A stretch of 64,000 nucleotides of DNA. It comes from Phyllobates terribilis. Lineage: Eukaryota. Made by a program: the position numbers and the translations under genes. Positions 48,074 to 62,406 of the stretch are shown one piece after another. Position 1 is the stretch's first letter. Every line of letters starts with the position of its first letter. The stretch lies in the NCBI RefSeq assembly GCF_046119375.1, contig NW_027362765.1:379812001-379876000 (forward strand). Direction: 5' to 3'. The notes beneath the pieces were generated by a model, which was given only the letters and a program-made list of their open reading frames with translations, was not told the DNA's origin and ran no database searches.

Positions 48074-48200
48074 CTGATTGACCGTAAACATGATTTCAGC
48101 TCTGAAGGTTTCCCATTCGTGTCTTGTGTGTGTCTATACTCAGGCTTTGGGCTGTAGGTTTGTGATGTTTTCTTGCATTTTGCAGAGCACCTTGTCAGCT
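48074..48200 (-). other. Candidate upstream exon of LPAR5, possibly coding MFTVNQ
   Basis: Strong donor AATCAG|gtgagt at 48074/48073. ATG at 48091 gives ATG TTT ACG GTC AAT CAG (phase 0), in frame with the LPAR5 acceptor at 37178. 5' boundary unknown. Confidence 0.4.
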
Positions 48201-48548
48201 TCCTATCTCCGCACACACCTTTGAGCTTTGTACTCTACATAGAAAGTTTTCTGATTTGTCCTCTAGCAGCTGAGAGCAGGGAGTGGCTGCAGCTTCACAC
48301 TGGGAGGTGGTGGCAAGGATCACATTGCTGCACTGAAGAACACTCGGCCAGTCAAGCTTAAGAGGGTATTTCCCCTTTAAGAAAAAAAAGTTATTGTCTA
48401 GTCTTTCCATTCTATTATCATCGGTCTCTGGGAAAGCTGGGTGACAACCAGTTTGGCCACAAATGTATATAAAAACTAAGTTTTGTACTAGTTTTTCTAG
48501 ACTTTATATACATGTGCAGGGTGGTGGAGTAGGCATAATTACATAGCT

Positions 48549-50440
48549 AGACACTCAGGAGTCTGGGAAAGCTGGGTGACAACATGTCCACTATAGCACA
48601 GACACTCAGGAGTCTAGGAAAGCTGGGTGACAACATGTCCACTATTGCACAGACACTCAGGAGTCTACTAAAGCTGCATGACCACATGTCCACTATTACA
48701 CAGACACTCTGGAGTTTGGGAAAGCTGGGTGACAAAATGTCCACTATTAGACAGTCGGGTGTCTAGGAAAGCTGGGTGACATGTCCACTATTACACAGAC
48801 ACTCGGGAGTCTAGTAAAGCTGGGTGACAACATGTCCACTATTACACAGACACTCATGAGTGTGGGAAAGCTGGGTGACAACATGTCCATTATTACACAG
48901 ACACTCGGGAGTCTAGTAAAGCTGGGTGACAACATGTCCACTATTACACAGACACTCATGAGTGTGGGAAAGCTGGGTGACCACATGTCCACTATTACAC
49001 AGACACTCGGGAGTCTAGTAAAGCTGGGTGACAACATGTCCACTATTACACAGACACTCGGGAGTCTAGTAAAGCTGGGTGACAACATGTCCACTATTAC
49101 ACAGACACTCAGGAGTCTGGGCAAGCTGGGTGACAACATGTCCAATATTACACAGACACTCAGGAGTCTAGTAAAGCTGGGTGACAACATGTCCACTATT
49201 ACACAGACACTCGGGAGTCTAGTAAAGCTGGGTGACAACATGTCCACTATTACACAGACACTTGGGAGTCTAGTAAAGCTGGGTGACAACATGTCCACTA
49301 TTACACAGACACTCGGGAGTCTAGTAAAGCTGGGTGACAACATGTCCACTATTACACAGACACTCAGGAGTCTAGGAAAGCTGGGTGACAACATGTCCAC
49401 TATTACACAGACACTCGGGAGTCTAGTAAAGCTGGGTGACAACATGTCCACTATTACACAGACACTCAGGAGTCTAGTAAAGCTGGGTGACAACATGTCC
49501 ACTATTACACAGACACTCGGGAGTCTAGTAAAGCTGGGTGACAACATGTCCACTATTACACAGACACTTGGGAGTCTAGTAAAGCTGGGTGACAACATGT
49601 CCACTATTACACAGACACTCGGGAGTCTAGTAAAGCTGGGTGACAACATGTCCACTATTACACAGACACTTGGGAGTCTAGTAAAGCTGGGTGACAACAT
49701 GTCCACTATTACACAGACACTCGGGAGTCTAGTAAAGCTGGGTGACAACATGTCCAATATTACACAGACACTCAGGAGTCTAGGAAAGCTGGGTGACAAC
49801 ATGTCCACTATTACACAGACACTCATGAGTGTGGGAAAGCTGGGTGACCACATGTCCACTATTACACAGACACTCAGGAGTCTAGGAAAGCTGGGTGACA
49901 ACATGTCCACTATTACACAGACACTCAGGAGTCTAGTAAAGCTGGGTGACAACATGTCCATTATTACACAGACACTCAGGAGTCTAGTAAAGCTGGGTGA
50001 CAACATGTCCAATATTACACAGACACTCATGAGTGTGGGAAAGCTGGGTGACCACATGTCCACTATTACACAGACACTCAGGAGTCTAGGAAAGCTGGGT
50101 GACCACATGTCCACTATTACACAGACACTCAGGAGTCTAGGAAAGCTGGGTGACAACATGTCCACTTTTACACAGACACTCAGGAGTCTAGGAAAGCTGG
50201 GTGACAACATGTCCACTATTACACAGACACTCAGGAGTCTAGGAAAGCTGGGTGACCACATGTCCACTATTACACAGACACTCAGGAGTCTAGGAAAGCT
50301 GGGTGACAACATGTCCACTATTACACAGACACTCAGGAGTCTAGTAAAGATGGGAGACACTCATGAGTGTGGGAAAGCTGGGTGACAACATGTCCACTAT
50401 TACACAGACACTCAGGAGTCTAGGAAAGCTGGGTGACAAC
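48549..50440 (+). repeat. 51-bp minisatellite, about 37 copies
   Basis: Unit gggagtctagtaaagctgggtgacaacatgtccactattacacagacactc; explains the 534/537-aa repeat ORFs (17-aa period). Confidence 0.97.
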
Positions 50441-50728
50441 CCCATGGAAGCTGTGATAATCGCTACATTGGTCGTCGCCTAGTTTTCAGGCAATTCCTGC
50501 ATAGTAATTAATCTTACATAAAAACACAAGGTCAAGTCCCGGAGCTGTATTTATAATTCTGCCTTGTTGTATAAACTGTGCACATCCGGCCAGGACCAAA
50601 CACTCAACTTTACATGTAAACTACAGAAGGAGAAGACAAGAATTCTTCCAGGCTGGCAAAGGGTTAAGCTGGCACTGGGTGGAAGAGGACCTTCAAGATC
50701 AGACATGTCCTATGTGATGATGATGTTC

Positions 50729-50770
50729 GAGGAGGAGGAGGAGGAGGAGGAGGAGGAGGAGGAGGAGGAG
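50729..50770 (+). repeat. (GAG)14 trinucleotide microsatellite
   Basis: Directly visible pure run. Confidence 0.95.
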
Positions 50771-51037
50771 ACCACGGATGTCTTGGAAGTTTTCTTCCCT
50801 TTGCACATGTTTTCCCGCTACCAGGAAATATACACTGATCAGCCATAACATTAAAACCTGGCAACAATGGCATCTGTCATTGCAAGCGGGAAAAATGGGC
50901 AAGAGTAAGGATCCGAGCAGAGGTGTCGCTGGGGGTCCAGAACTGGGGGTAAGAGGGGACACGGGACACTTTTTACATCTTTTCCACTTGGCCCAGACCG
51001 ACATGACGACTTCTCCAACCACAACTCATCTGCAGAT

Positions 51038-54000
51038 GATAGGCTGAGATACATAACTCAGCAGACGGTATCACACAGGATAGGATTAGATACATAACTC
51101 AGCAGACAGTATCACACAGGATAGGATTAGATACACGGCTCAGCAGACGGTATCACACAGGATAGGATTAGATACAGCTCAGCAGACAGTATCACACAGG
51201 AGAGGATTAGATACACAGCTCAGCAGACAGTATCACACAGGATAGGATTAGATACATAACTCAGCAGACGGTATCACACAGGATAGGATTAGATACAGCT
51301 CAGCAGACAGTATCACACAGGATAGGATTAGATACAGCTCAGCAGACAGTATCACACAGGAGAGGATTAGATACACAGCTCAGCAGACGGTATCACACAG
51401 GATAGGATTAGATACAGCTCAGCAGACAGTATCACACAGGAGAGGATTAGATACACAGCTCAGCAGACAGTATCACACAGGATAGGATTAGATACATAAC
51501 TCAGCAGACGGTATCACACAGGATAGGATTAGATACATAACTCAGCAGACGGTATCACACAGGATAGGATTAGATACATAACTCAGCAGACGGTATCACA
51601 CAGGATAGGATTAGATACATAACTCAGCAGACGGTATCACACAGGAGAGGATTAGATACATAACTCAGCAGACGGTATCACACAGGATAGGATTAGATAC
51701 ACGGCTCAGCAGTCAGTATCACACAGGATAGGATTAGATACATAACTCAGCAGACGGTATCACACAGGAGAGGATTAGATACATAACTCAGCAGACGGTA
51801 TCACACAGGATAGGATTAGATACACGGCTCAGCAGTCAGTATCACACAGGATAGGATTAGATACATAACTCAGCAGACGGTATCACACAGGATAGGATTA
51901 GATACATAACTCAGCAGACAGTATCACACAGGATAGGATTAGATACACGGCTCAGCAGACAGTATCACACAGGAGAAGATTAGATACACGGCTCAGCAGA
52001 CAGTATCACACAGGATAGGATTAGATACACAGCTCAGCAGACGGTATCACACAGGATAGGATTAGATACACAGCTCAGCAGACAGTATCACACAAGATAG
52101 GATTAGATACACAGCTCAGCAGACAGTATCACACAGGAGAGGATTAGATACACAGCTCAGCAGACAGTATCACACAAGATAGGATTAGATACACGGCTCA
52201 GCAGACAGTATCACACAGGATAGGATTAGATACACGGCTCAGCAGACGGTATCACACAGGATAGGATTAGATACACAGCTCAGCAGACAGTATCACACAA
52301 GATAGGATTAGATACACAGCTCAGCAGACAGTATCACACAAGATAGGATTAGATACACGGCTCAGCAGACGGTATCACACAGGATAGGATTAGATACACG
52401 GCTCAGCAGACAGTATCACACAAGATAGGATTAGATACACAGCTCAGCAGACGGTATCACACAGGATAGGATTAGATACACAGCTCAGCAGACAGTATCA
52501 CACAGGATAGGATTAGATACACAGCTCAGCAGACAGTATCACACAAGATAGGATTAGATACACAGTTCAGCAGACAGTATCACACAGGAGAGGATTAGAT
52601 ACACAGCTCAGCAGACGGTATCACACAGGATAGGATTAGATACATGGCTCAGCAGACAGTATCACACAGGAGAAGATTAGATACACGGCTCAGCAGACAG
52701 TATCACACAGGATAGGATTAGATACACAGCTCAGCAGACAGTATCACACAGGATAGGATTAGATACATAACTCAGCAGACGGTATCACACAGGATAGGAT
52801 TAGATACATAACTCAGCAGACAGTATCACACAGGATAGGATTAGATACACAGCTCAGCAGACAGTATCACACAGGATAGGATTAGATACATAACTCAGCA
52901 GACGGTATCACACAGGATAGGATTAGATACATAGCTCAGCAGACAGTATCACACAGGATAGGATTAGATACACAGCTCAGCAGACAGTATCACACAGGAT
53001 AGGATTAGATACACGGCTCAGCAGACGGTATCACACAGGATAGGATTAGATACACTGCTCAGCAGACAGTATCACACAGGATAGGATTAGATACACGGCT
53101 CAGCAGACGGGATCACACAGGATAGGATTAGATACACGGCTCAGCAGTCAGTATCACACAGGATAGGATTAGAAACACAGCTCAGCAGACGGTATCACAC
53201 AGGATAGGATTAGATACACGGCTCAGCAAACAGTATCACACAGCATAGGATTAGATACACAGCTCAGCAGACGGTATCACACAGGATAGGATTAGATACA
53301 CGGCTCAGCAAACAGTATCACACAGCATAGGATTAGATACACAGCTCAGCAGATGGTATCACACAGGATAGGATTAGATACACAGATCAGTAGATGGTAT
53401 CACACAGTATAGGCTTAGATACACAGCTTAGCAGACGTTATCACACAGGATAGGATTAGATACACGGCTCAGCAGACAGTATCACACTGGATAGGTTGAG
53501 ATACACAGCTCAGCAGACAGTATCAAACAGGATAGGATTAGATACGCGGCTCAGCAGACAGTATCACACAGTATAGGATTAGATACACGGCTCAGCAGAC
53601 AGTATCACACAGGATAGGATTAGATACAGCTCAGCAGACAGTATCACACAGGATAGGATTAGATACGCGGCTCAGCAGACAGTATCACACAGTATAGGAT
53701 TAGATACACGGCTCAGCAGACAGTATCACACAGGATAGGATTAGATACAGCTCAGCAGACAGTATCACACAGGAGAGGATTAGATACAGCTCAGCAGACA
53801 GTATCACACAGGATAGGATTAGATACACGGCTCAGCGGACTGTATCACACTTGGATAGGCTGAGATACACAGCTCAGCAGACAGTATCAAACAGGATAGG
53901 ATTAGATACGCGGCTCAGCAGACAGTATCACACAGTATAGGATTAGATACACGGCTCAGCAGACAGTATCACACAGCATAGGATTAGATACACAGCTCAG

Positions 54001-57000
54001 CAGATGGTATCACACAGGATAGGATTAGATACACAGATCAGTAGACGGTATCACACAGTATAGGCTTAGGTACACAGCTTAGCAGACGTTATCACACAGG
54101 ATAGGATTAGATACAGCTCAGCAGACAGTATCACACTGGATAGGCTGAGATACACAGCTCAGCAGACAGTATCAAACAGGATAGGATTAGATACGCGGCT
54201 CAGCAGACAGTATCACACAGTATAGGATTAGATACACGGCTCAGCAGACAGTATCACACAGCATAGGATTAGATACACAGCTCAGCAGATGGTATCACAC
54301 AGGATAGGATTAGATACACAGATCAGTAGACGGTATCACACAGTATAGGCTTAGATACACAGCTTAGCAGACGTTATCACATAGGATAGGATTAGATACA
54401 GCTCAGCAGACAGTATCACACTGGATAGGTTGAGATACACAGCTCAGCAGTCAGTATCACACAGGATAGGATTAGATACGCGGCTCAGCAGACAGTATCA
54501 CACAGTATAGGATTAGATACACGGCTCAGCAAACAGTATCACACAGGATAGGATTAGATACAGTTCAGCAGACAGTATCACACAGGATAGGATTAGATAC
54601 GCGGCTCAGCAGACAGTATCACACAGTATAGGATTAGATACACGGCTCAGCAGACAGTATCACACAGGATAGGATTAGATACACAGCTCAGCAGACAGTA
54701 TCACACAGGAGAGGATTAGATACAGCTCAGCAGACAGTATCACACAGGATAGGATTAGATACACGGCTCAGCAGACAGTATCACACAGGAGAGGATTAGA
54801 TACAGCTCAGCAGACAGTATCACACAGGATAGGATTAGATACACGGCTCAGCAGACAGTATCACACAGGATAGGATTAGATACAGCTCAGCAGACAGTAT
54901 CACACAGGAGAGGATTAGATACAGCTCAGCAGACAGTATCACACAGGATAGGATTAGATACACGGCTCAGCGGACAGTATCACACTGGATAGGCTGAGAT
55001 ACACAGCTCAGCAGACAGTATCAAACAGGATAGGATTAGATACGCGGCTCAGCAGACAGTATCACACAGTATAGGATTAGATACACGGCTCAGCAGACAG
55101 TATCACACAGCATAGGATTAGATACACAGCTCAGCAGATGGTATCACACAGGATAGGATTAGATACACAGATCAGTAGACGGTATCACACAGTATAGGCT
55201 TAGATACACAGCTTAGCAGACGTTATCACACAGGATAGGATTAGATACAGCTCAGCAGTCAGTATCACACAGGATAGGATTAGATAAGCGGCTCAGCAGA
55301 CAGTATCACACAGTATAGGATTAGATACACAGCTCAGCAGACAGTATCACACAGGATAGGATTAGATACAGCTCAGCAGACAGTGTCACACAGGATAGGA
55401 TTAGATACGCGGCTCAGCAGACAGTATCACACAGCATAGGATTAGATACACGGCTCAGCAGACAGTATCACACAGGAGAGGATTAGATACAGCTCAGCAG
55501 ACAGTATCACACAGGATAGGATTAGATACACGGCTCAGCAGACAGTATCACACAGTATAGGATTAGATACAGCACAGCAGACAGTATCACACAGGATAGT
55601 ATTAGATACAGTTCAGCAGACAGTATCACACAGGATAGGATTAGATACGCGGCTCAGCAGACAGTATCACACAGGATAGGATTAGATACAGCTCAGCAGA
55701 CAGTATCACACAGGATAGGATTAGATACTGCTCAGCAGACAGTATCACACAGGATAGGATTAGATACAGCTCAGCCGACAGTATCACACAGGATAGGATT
55801 AGATACGCGGCTCAGCAGACAGTATCACACAGGATAGGATTAGATACAGCTCAGCAGACGGTATCACACAGGATAGGATTAGATACAGCTCAGCAGACAG
55901 TATCACACAGGATAGGATTAGATACAGCTCAGCAGACAGTATGACACAGGATAGGATTAGATACAGCTCAGCAGACAGTATCACACAGGATAAGATTAGA
56001 TACGCGGCTCAGCAGACAGTATCACACAGGATAGGAGTAGATACAGCTCAGCAGACAGTATGACACAGGATAGGATTAGATACAGCTCAGCAGACAGTAT
56101 CACACAGGATAAGATTAGATACGCGGCTCAGCAGACATTATCACACAGGATAGGATTAGATACAGCTCAGCAGACAGTATCACACATGATATGATTAGAT
56201 ACACGGCTCAGCAGACAGTATCACACAGGATAGGATTAGATACAGCTCAGCAGACAGTATCACACAGGATAGGATTAGATACAGCTCAGCAGACAGTATC
56301 ACACAGGATAGGATTAGATACAGCTCAGCAGACAGTATCACACAGGATAAGATTAGATACACAGCTCAGCAGACAGTATCACACAGGATAGGATTAGATA
56401 CACAGCTCAGCAGACAGTATCACACAGGAGAGGATTAGATACACGGCTCAGCAGACAGTATCACACAGGATAGGATTAGATATGCGGCTCAGCAGACAGT
56501 ATCACACAGGAGAGGATTAGATACACAGCTCAGCAGACAGTATCACACAGGAGAGGATTAGATACACAGCTCAGCAGACAGTATCACACAGGATAGGATT
56601 AGATACACAGCTCAGCAGACAGTATCACACAGGAGAGGATTAGATACACAGCTCAGCAGACAGTATCACACAGGATAGGATTAGATACACAGCTCAGCAG
56701 ACAGTATCACACAGGATAGGATTAGATACACAGCTCAGCAGACAGTATCACACAGGATAGGATTAGATACACAGCTCAGCAGACAGTATCACACAGGAGA
56801 GGATTAGATACACAGCTCAGCAGACAGTATCACACAGGATAGGATTAGATACACAGCTCAGCAGACAGTATCACACAGGAGAGGATTAGATACACAGCTC
56901 AGCAGACAGTATCACACAGGATAGGATTAGATACACAGCTCAGCAGACAGTATCACACAGGATAGGATTAGATACACAGCTCAGCAGACAGTATCACACA

Positions 57001-60000
57001 GGATAGGATTAGATACACGACTCAGCAGACAGTATCACACAGGATACGATTAGATACAGCTCAGCAGACAGTATCACACTGGATAGGATGAGATACACAG
57101 CTCAGCAGACAGTATCAAACAGGATAGGATTAGATACGCGGCTCAGCAGACAGTATCACACATGATAGGATTAGATACAGCACAGCAGACAGTATCACAC
57201 AGGATAGTATTAGATACAGCTCAGCAGACAGTATCACACAGGATAGGATTAGATACGCGGCTCAGCAGACAGTATCACACAGGATAGGATTAGATACACG
57301 GCTCAGCAGACAGTATCACACAGGATAGGCTTAGATACGCGGCTCAGCAGACAGTATCACACAGGATAGGATTAGATACAGCTCAGCAGACGGTATCACA
57401 CAGGATAGGATTAGATACTGCTCAGCAGACAGTATCACACAGGATAGGATTAGATACAGCTCAGCAGACAGTATGACACAGGATAGGATTAGATACAGCT
57501 CAGCAGACAGTATCACACAGGATAAGATTAGATACGCGGCTCAGCAGACAGTATCACACAGGATAGGATTAGATACAGCTCAGCAGACAGTATCACACAG
57601 GATAGGATTAGATACAGCTCAGCAGACAGTATCACACAGGATAGGATTAGATACAGCTCAGCAGACAGTATCACACAGGATAGGATTAGATACACAGCTC
57701 AGCAGACAGTATCACACAGGATAGGATTAGATACACAGCTCAGCAGACAGTATCACACAGGATAGGATTAGATATGCGGCTCAGCAGACAGTATCATACA
57801 GGATAGGATTAGATACAGCTCAGCAGACAGTATCACACAGGATAGGATTAGATACACGGCTCAGCAGACAGTATCACACAGGATAGGATTAGATACAGCT
57901 CAGCAGACAGTATAACACAGGATAGGATTAGATACAGCTCAGCAGACAGTATCACACAGGATAGGATTAGATACGTGGCTCAGCAGACAGTATCACACAG
58001 GATAGGATTAGATACAGCTCAGCAGACAGTATCACACATGATATGATTAGATACACGGCTCAGTAGACAGTATCACACAGGATAGGATTAGATACAGCTC
58101 AGCAGACAGTATCACACAGGATAGGATTAGATACAGCTCAGCAGACAGTATCACACAGGATAGGATTAGATACAGCTCAGCAGACAGTATCACACAGGAT
58201 AGGATTAGATACACAGCTCAGCAGACAATATCACACAGGATAGGATTAGATACACAGCTCAGCAGACAGTATCACACAGGAGAGGATTAGATACACGGCT
58301 CAGCAGACAGTATCACACAGGATAGGATTAGATATGCGGCTCAGCAGACAGTATCACACAGGATAGGATTAGATACACAGCTCAGCAGACAGTATCACAC
58401 AGGAGAGGATTAGATACACAGCTCAGCAGACAGTATCACACAGGATAGGATTAGATACACAGCTCAGCAGACAGTATCACACAGGAGAGGATTAGATACA
58501 CAGCTCAGCAGACAGTATCACACAGGATAGGATTAGATACACAGCTCAGCAGACAGTATCACACAGGATAGGATTAGATACACAGCTCAGCAGACAGTAT
58601 CACACAGGATAGGATTAGATATGCGGCTCAGCAGACAGTATCACACAGGATAGGATTAGATACACGACTCAGCAGACAGTATCACACAGGATACGATTAG
58701 ATACAGCTCAGCAGACAGTATCACACTGGATAGGATGAGATACACAGCTCAGCAGACAGTATCAAACAGGATAGGATTAGATACGCGGCTCAGCAGACAG
58801 TATCACACATGATAGGATTAGATACAGCACAGCAGACAGTATCACACAGGATAGTATTAGATACAGCTCAGCAGACAGTATCACACAGGATAGGCTTAGA
58901 TACGCGGCTCAGCAGACAGTATCACACAGGATAGGATTAGATACAGCTCAGCAGACGGTATCACACAGGATAGGATTAGATACTGCTCAGCAGACAGTAT
59001 CACACAGGATAGGATTAGATACAGCTCAGCAGACAGTATGACACAGGATAGGATTAGATACAGCTCAGCAGACAGTATCACACAGGATAAGATTAGATAC
59101 GCGGCTCAGCAGACAGTATCACACAGGATAGGATTAGATACAGCTCAGCAGACAGTATCACACAGGATAGGATTAGATACAGCTCAGCAGACAGTATCAC
59201 ACAGGATAGGATTAGATACAGCTCAGCAGACAGTATCACACAGGATAGGATTAGATACACAGCTCAGCAGACAGTATCACACAGGATAGGATTAGATACA
59301 CAGCTCAGCAGACAGTATCACACAGGATAGGATTAGTTATGCGGCTCAGCAGACAGTATCATACAGGATAGGATTAGATACAGCTCAGCAGACAGTATCA
59401 CACAGGATAGGATTAGATACACGGCTCAGCAGACAGTATCACACAGGATAGGATTAGATACAGCTCAGCAGACAGTATAACACAGGATAGGATTAGATAC
59501 AGCTCAGCAGACAGTATCACACAGGATAGGATTAGATACGTGGCTCAGCAGACAGTATCACACAGGATAGGATTAGATACAGCTCAGCAGACAGTATCAC
59601 ACAGGATAGGATTAGATACAGCTCAGCAGACAGTATAACACAGGATAGGATTAGATACAGTTCAGCAGACAGTATCACACAGGATAGAATTAGATACGCG
59701 GCTCAGCAGACAGTATCACACAGGATAGGATTAGATACAGCTCAGCAGACAATATCACACAGGATAGGATTAGATACAGCTCAGCAGACAGTATTACACA
59801 GGATAGGATTAGATACGCGGCTCAGCAGACAGTATCACACAGGATAGGATTAGATACGCGGTTCAGCATACAGTATCACACAGGATAGGATTAGATACAG
59901 CTCAGCAGACAGTATCACACAGGATAGGATTAGATACAGCTCAGCAGACAGTATCACACAGGATAGGATTAGATACACCGCTCAGCAGTCAGTATCACAC

Positions 60001-61515
60001 AGGATAGGATTAGATACAGCTCAGCAGACAGTATCACACATGATAGAATTAGATACGCGGCTCAGCAGACAGTATCACACAGGATAGGATTAGATACAGC
60101 TCAGCAGACAGTATCACACAGGATAGGATTAGATACACAGCTCCGCAGACAGTATCACACAGGATAGGATTAGATACACAGCTCAGCAGACAGTATAACA
60201 CAGGATAGGATTAGATACAGCTCAGCAGACAGTATCACACAGGATAGAATTAGATACGCGGCTCAGCAGACAGTATCACACAGGATAGGATTAGATACAG
60301 CTCAGCAGACAGTATCACACAGGATAGGATTAGATACAGCTCAGCAGACAGTATCACACAGGATAGGATTAGATACAGCTCAGCAGACAGTATCACACAG
60401 GATAGAATTAGATACGCGGCTCAGCAGACAGTATCACACAGGATAGGATTAGATACAGCTCAGCAGACAGTATCACACAGGATAGGATTAGATACAGCTC
60501 AGCAGACAGTATAACACAGGATAGGATTAGATATAGCTCAGCAGACAGTATCACACAGCATTGGATTAGATACAGCTCAGCAGACAGTATCACACAGGAT
60601 TGGATTAGATACAGCTCAGCAGACAGTATCACACAGGATTGGATTAGATACAGCTCAGCAGACAGTATCACACAGGATGGGATTAGATACACAGCTCAGC
60701 AGACAGTATCACACAGGATTGGATTAGATACAGCTCAGCAGACAGTATCACACAGGATAGGATTAGATACATGGCTCAGCAGACAGTATCACACAGGAGA
60801 GGATTAGATACAGCTCAGCAGACAGTATCACACAGGATAGGATTAGATACAGCTCAGCAGACAGTATCACACAGGATAGAATTAGATACGCGGCTCAGCA
60901 GACAGTATCACACAGGATTGGATTAGATACACAGCTCAGCAGACAGTATCACACAGGATAGGATTAGATACAGCTCAGCAGACAGTATCACACAGAATAG
61001 GGTTAGATACAGCTCAGCAGACAGTATCACACAGGATAGGATTAGATACACAGCTCAGCAGACAGTATCACACAGGAAAGGATTAGATACGCGGCTCAGC
61101 AGACAGTATCACACAGGATAGGATTAGATACAGCTCAGCAGACAGTATAACACAGGATAGGATTAGATATAGCTCAGCAGACAGTATCACACAGCATTGG
61201 ATTAGATACAGCTCAGCAGACAGTATCACACAGGATTGGATTAGATACAGCTCAGCAGACAGTATCACACAGGATTGGATTAGATACAGCTCAGCAGACA
61301 GTATCACACAGGATTGGATTAGATACAGCTCAGCAGACAGTATCTCACAGGATGGGATTAGATACACAGCTCAGCAGACAGTATCACACAGGATAGGATT
61401 AGATACACGGCTCAGCAGACAGTGTCACACAGGATAGGCTTAGATACACGGCTCAGCAGACAGTATCACACAGGATTGGATTAGATACACAGCTCAGCAG
61501 ACAGTATCACACAGG
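51038..61515 (+). repeat. 10.5-kb 39/41-bp minisatellite (about 260 units) with block duplications
   Basis: Unit agctcagcagacagtatcacacaggataggattagatac(ac); identical pseudo-ORFs at 57331 and 58896 (1565 bp apart) and near-identical ones at 60408 and 61083. Confidence 0.98.
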
Positions 61516-61927
61516 CTTCTTTTTGCTCCTTTATACATTGCACTCATCCTCGCCGCTCTCATCATTATTACTTGGCTTAGATACTGAGGAGCAAAATTAC
61601 CCCGATTTCTGTGCACACCCTTATATCAGGGAGCGCTGCGGGGCTGAGGGTCTGGGATGGTGCGTTCAGGTTAGGATTTGGTATTACCTATTGGATCATG
61701 TCATGTGTCATATCAGGGATTTATAAGGCTTTGTTCACAAGCAGCATTTTTGTTGCAGCTTTTTCGCAAGCCAAAACCTGCTCTTTTTGCATTAAAAACG
61801 CTGTGTTCAAATCAAAACACCTGTTTTATGTCATGTTCGCGTCATTTTTTTCAGAGTTTTTTGGGTGTTCTCTGTCTCCAGTACATGTTTAATAAAGTTA
61901 GCTTTATTCACCAAAAATGCAGCGAAT

Positions 61928-62016
61928 AGCCCATAGCAACCAATCACAGCGCAGCTTTCATTTCTTTTAGTGCTCCTGAAAAATGAAAGCAGCGCTGTGA
62001 TTGGTCGGTATGGGCA
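61928..62016. mobile_element. Short hairpin MITE
   Basis: gcccatagcaaccaatcacagcgcagctttcattt / aaatgaaagcagcgctgtgattggtcggtatgggc inverted arms. Confidence 0.65.
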
Positions 62017-62099
62017 ACAAAAACAGTATTATTTTTAACAGTTTTCTTAATAATAGTACGTCCTACATGGGGTGTGACAATATGGCTCTGGCCACTAAC

Positions 62100-62375
62100 C
62101 GAAGCCCTCTCTGATTCACTGCTGTTTAACCATGTAGATGCCACTGTCAGTCATTGACGCTGTCATTGCCCCACCATATGATCGGTTGCCATGGCAGCCG
62201 GAGACATACTGAAGACCCCCGTCATTGCCATCTTGAACCTATTTCATAGGAAAATGTCAATTTCACCATATAATGCAATAATGAAGTATTCCATCACGCT
62301 GTAACGGCAGTATATAGAAGATCGCAGGTTCAGGTCCAATGAGGGAAACAAAAAAAGTACATATTTTGAAGAAAA

Positions 62376-62406
<31 letters not shown>

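Noticed and set aside
48747-50385. 534-aa and 537-aa ORFs on opposite strands as real repeat proteins
   Set aside because: They are translations of a 51-bp tandem repeat whose length is a multiple of three. There are no unique domains or splice context, and the unit contains a MITE-like terminus.
50564-50848. 94-aa ORF with a poly-Glu tract
   Set aside because: The poly-E comes from a (GAG)14 microsatellite; the start is TTG and there is no homology or exon support.
55799-61367. ILSAELYLILSC and QQTVSHRIGLDT repeat ORFs
   Set aside because: Translations of runs of the 39-bp satellite variant.
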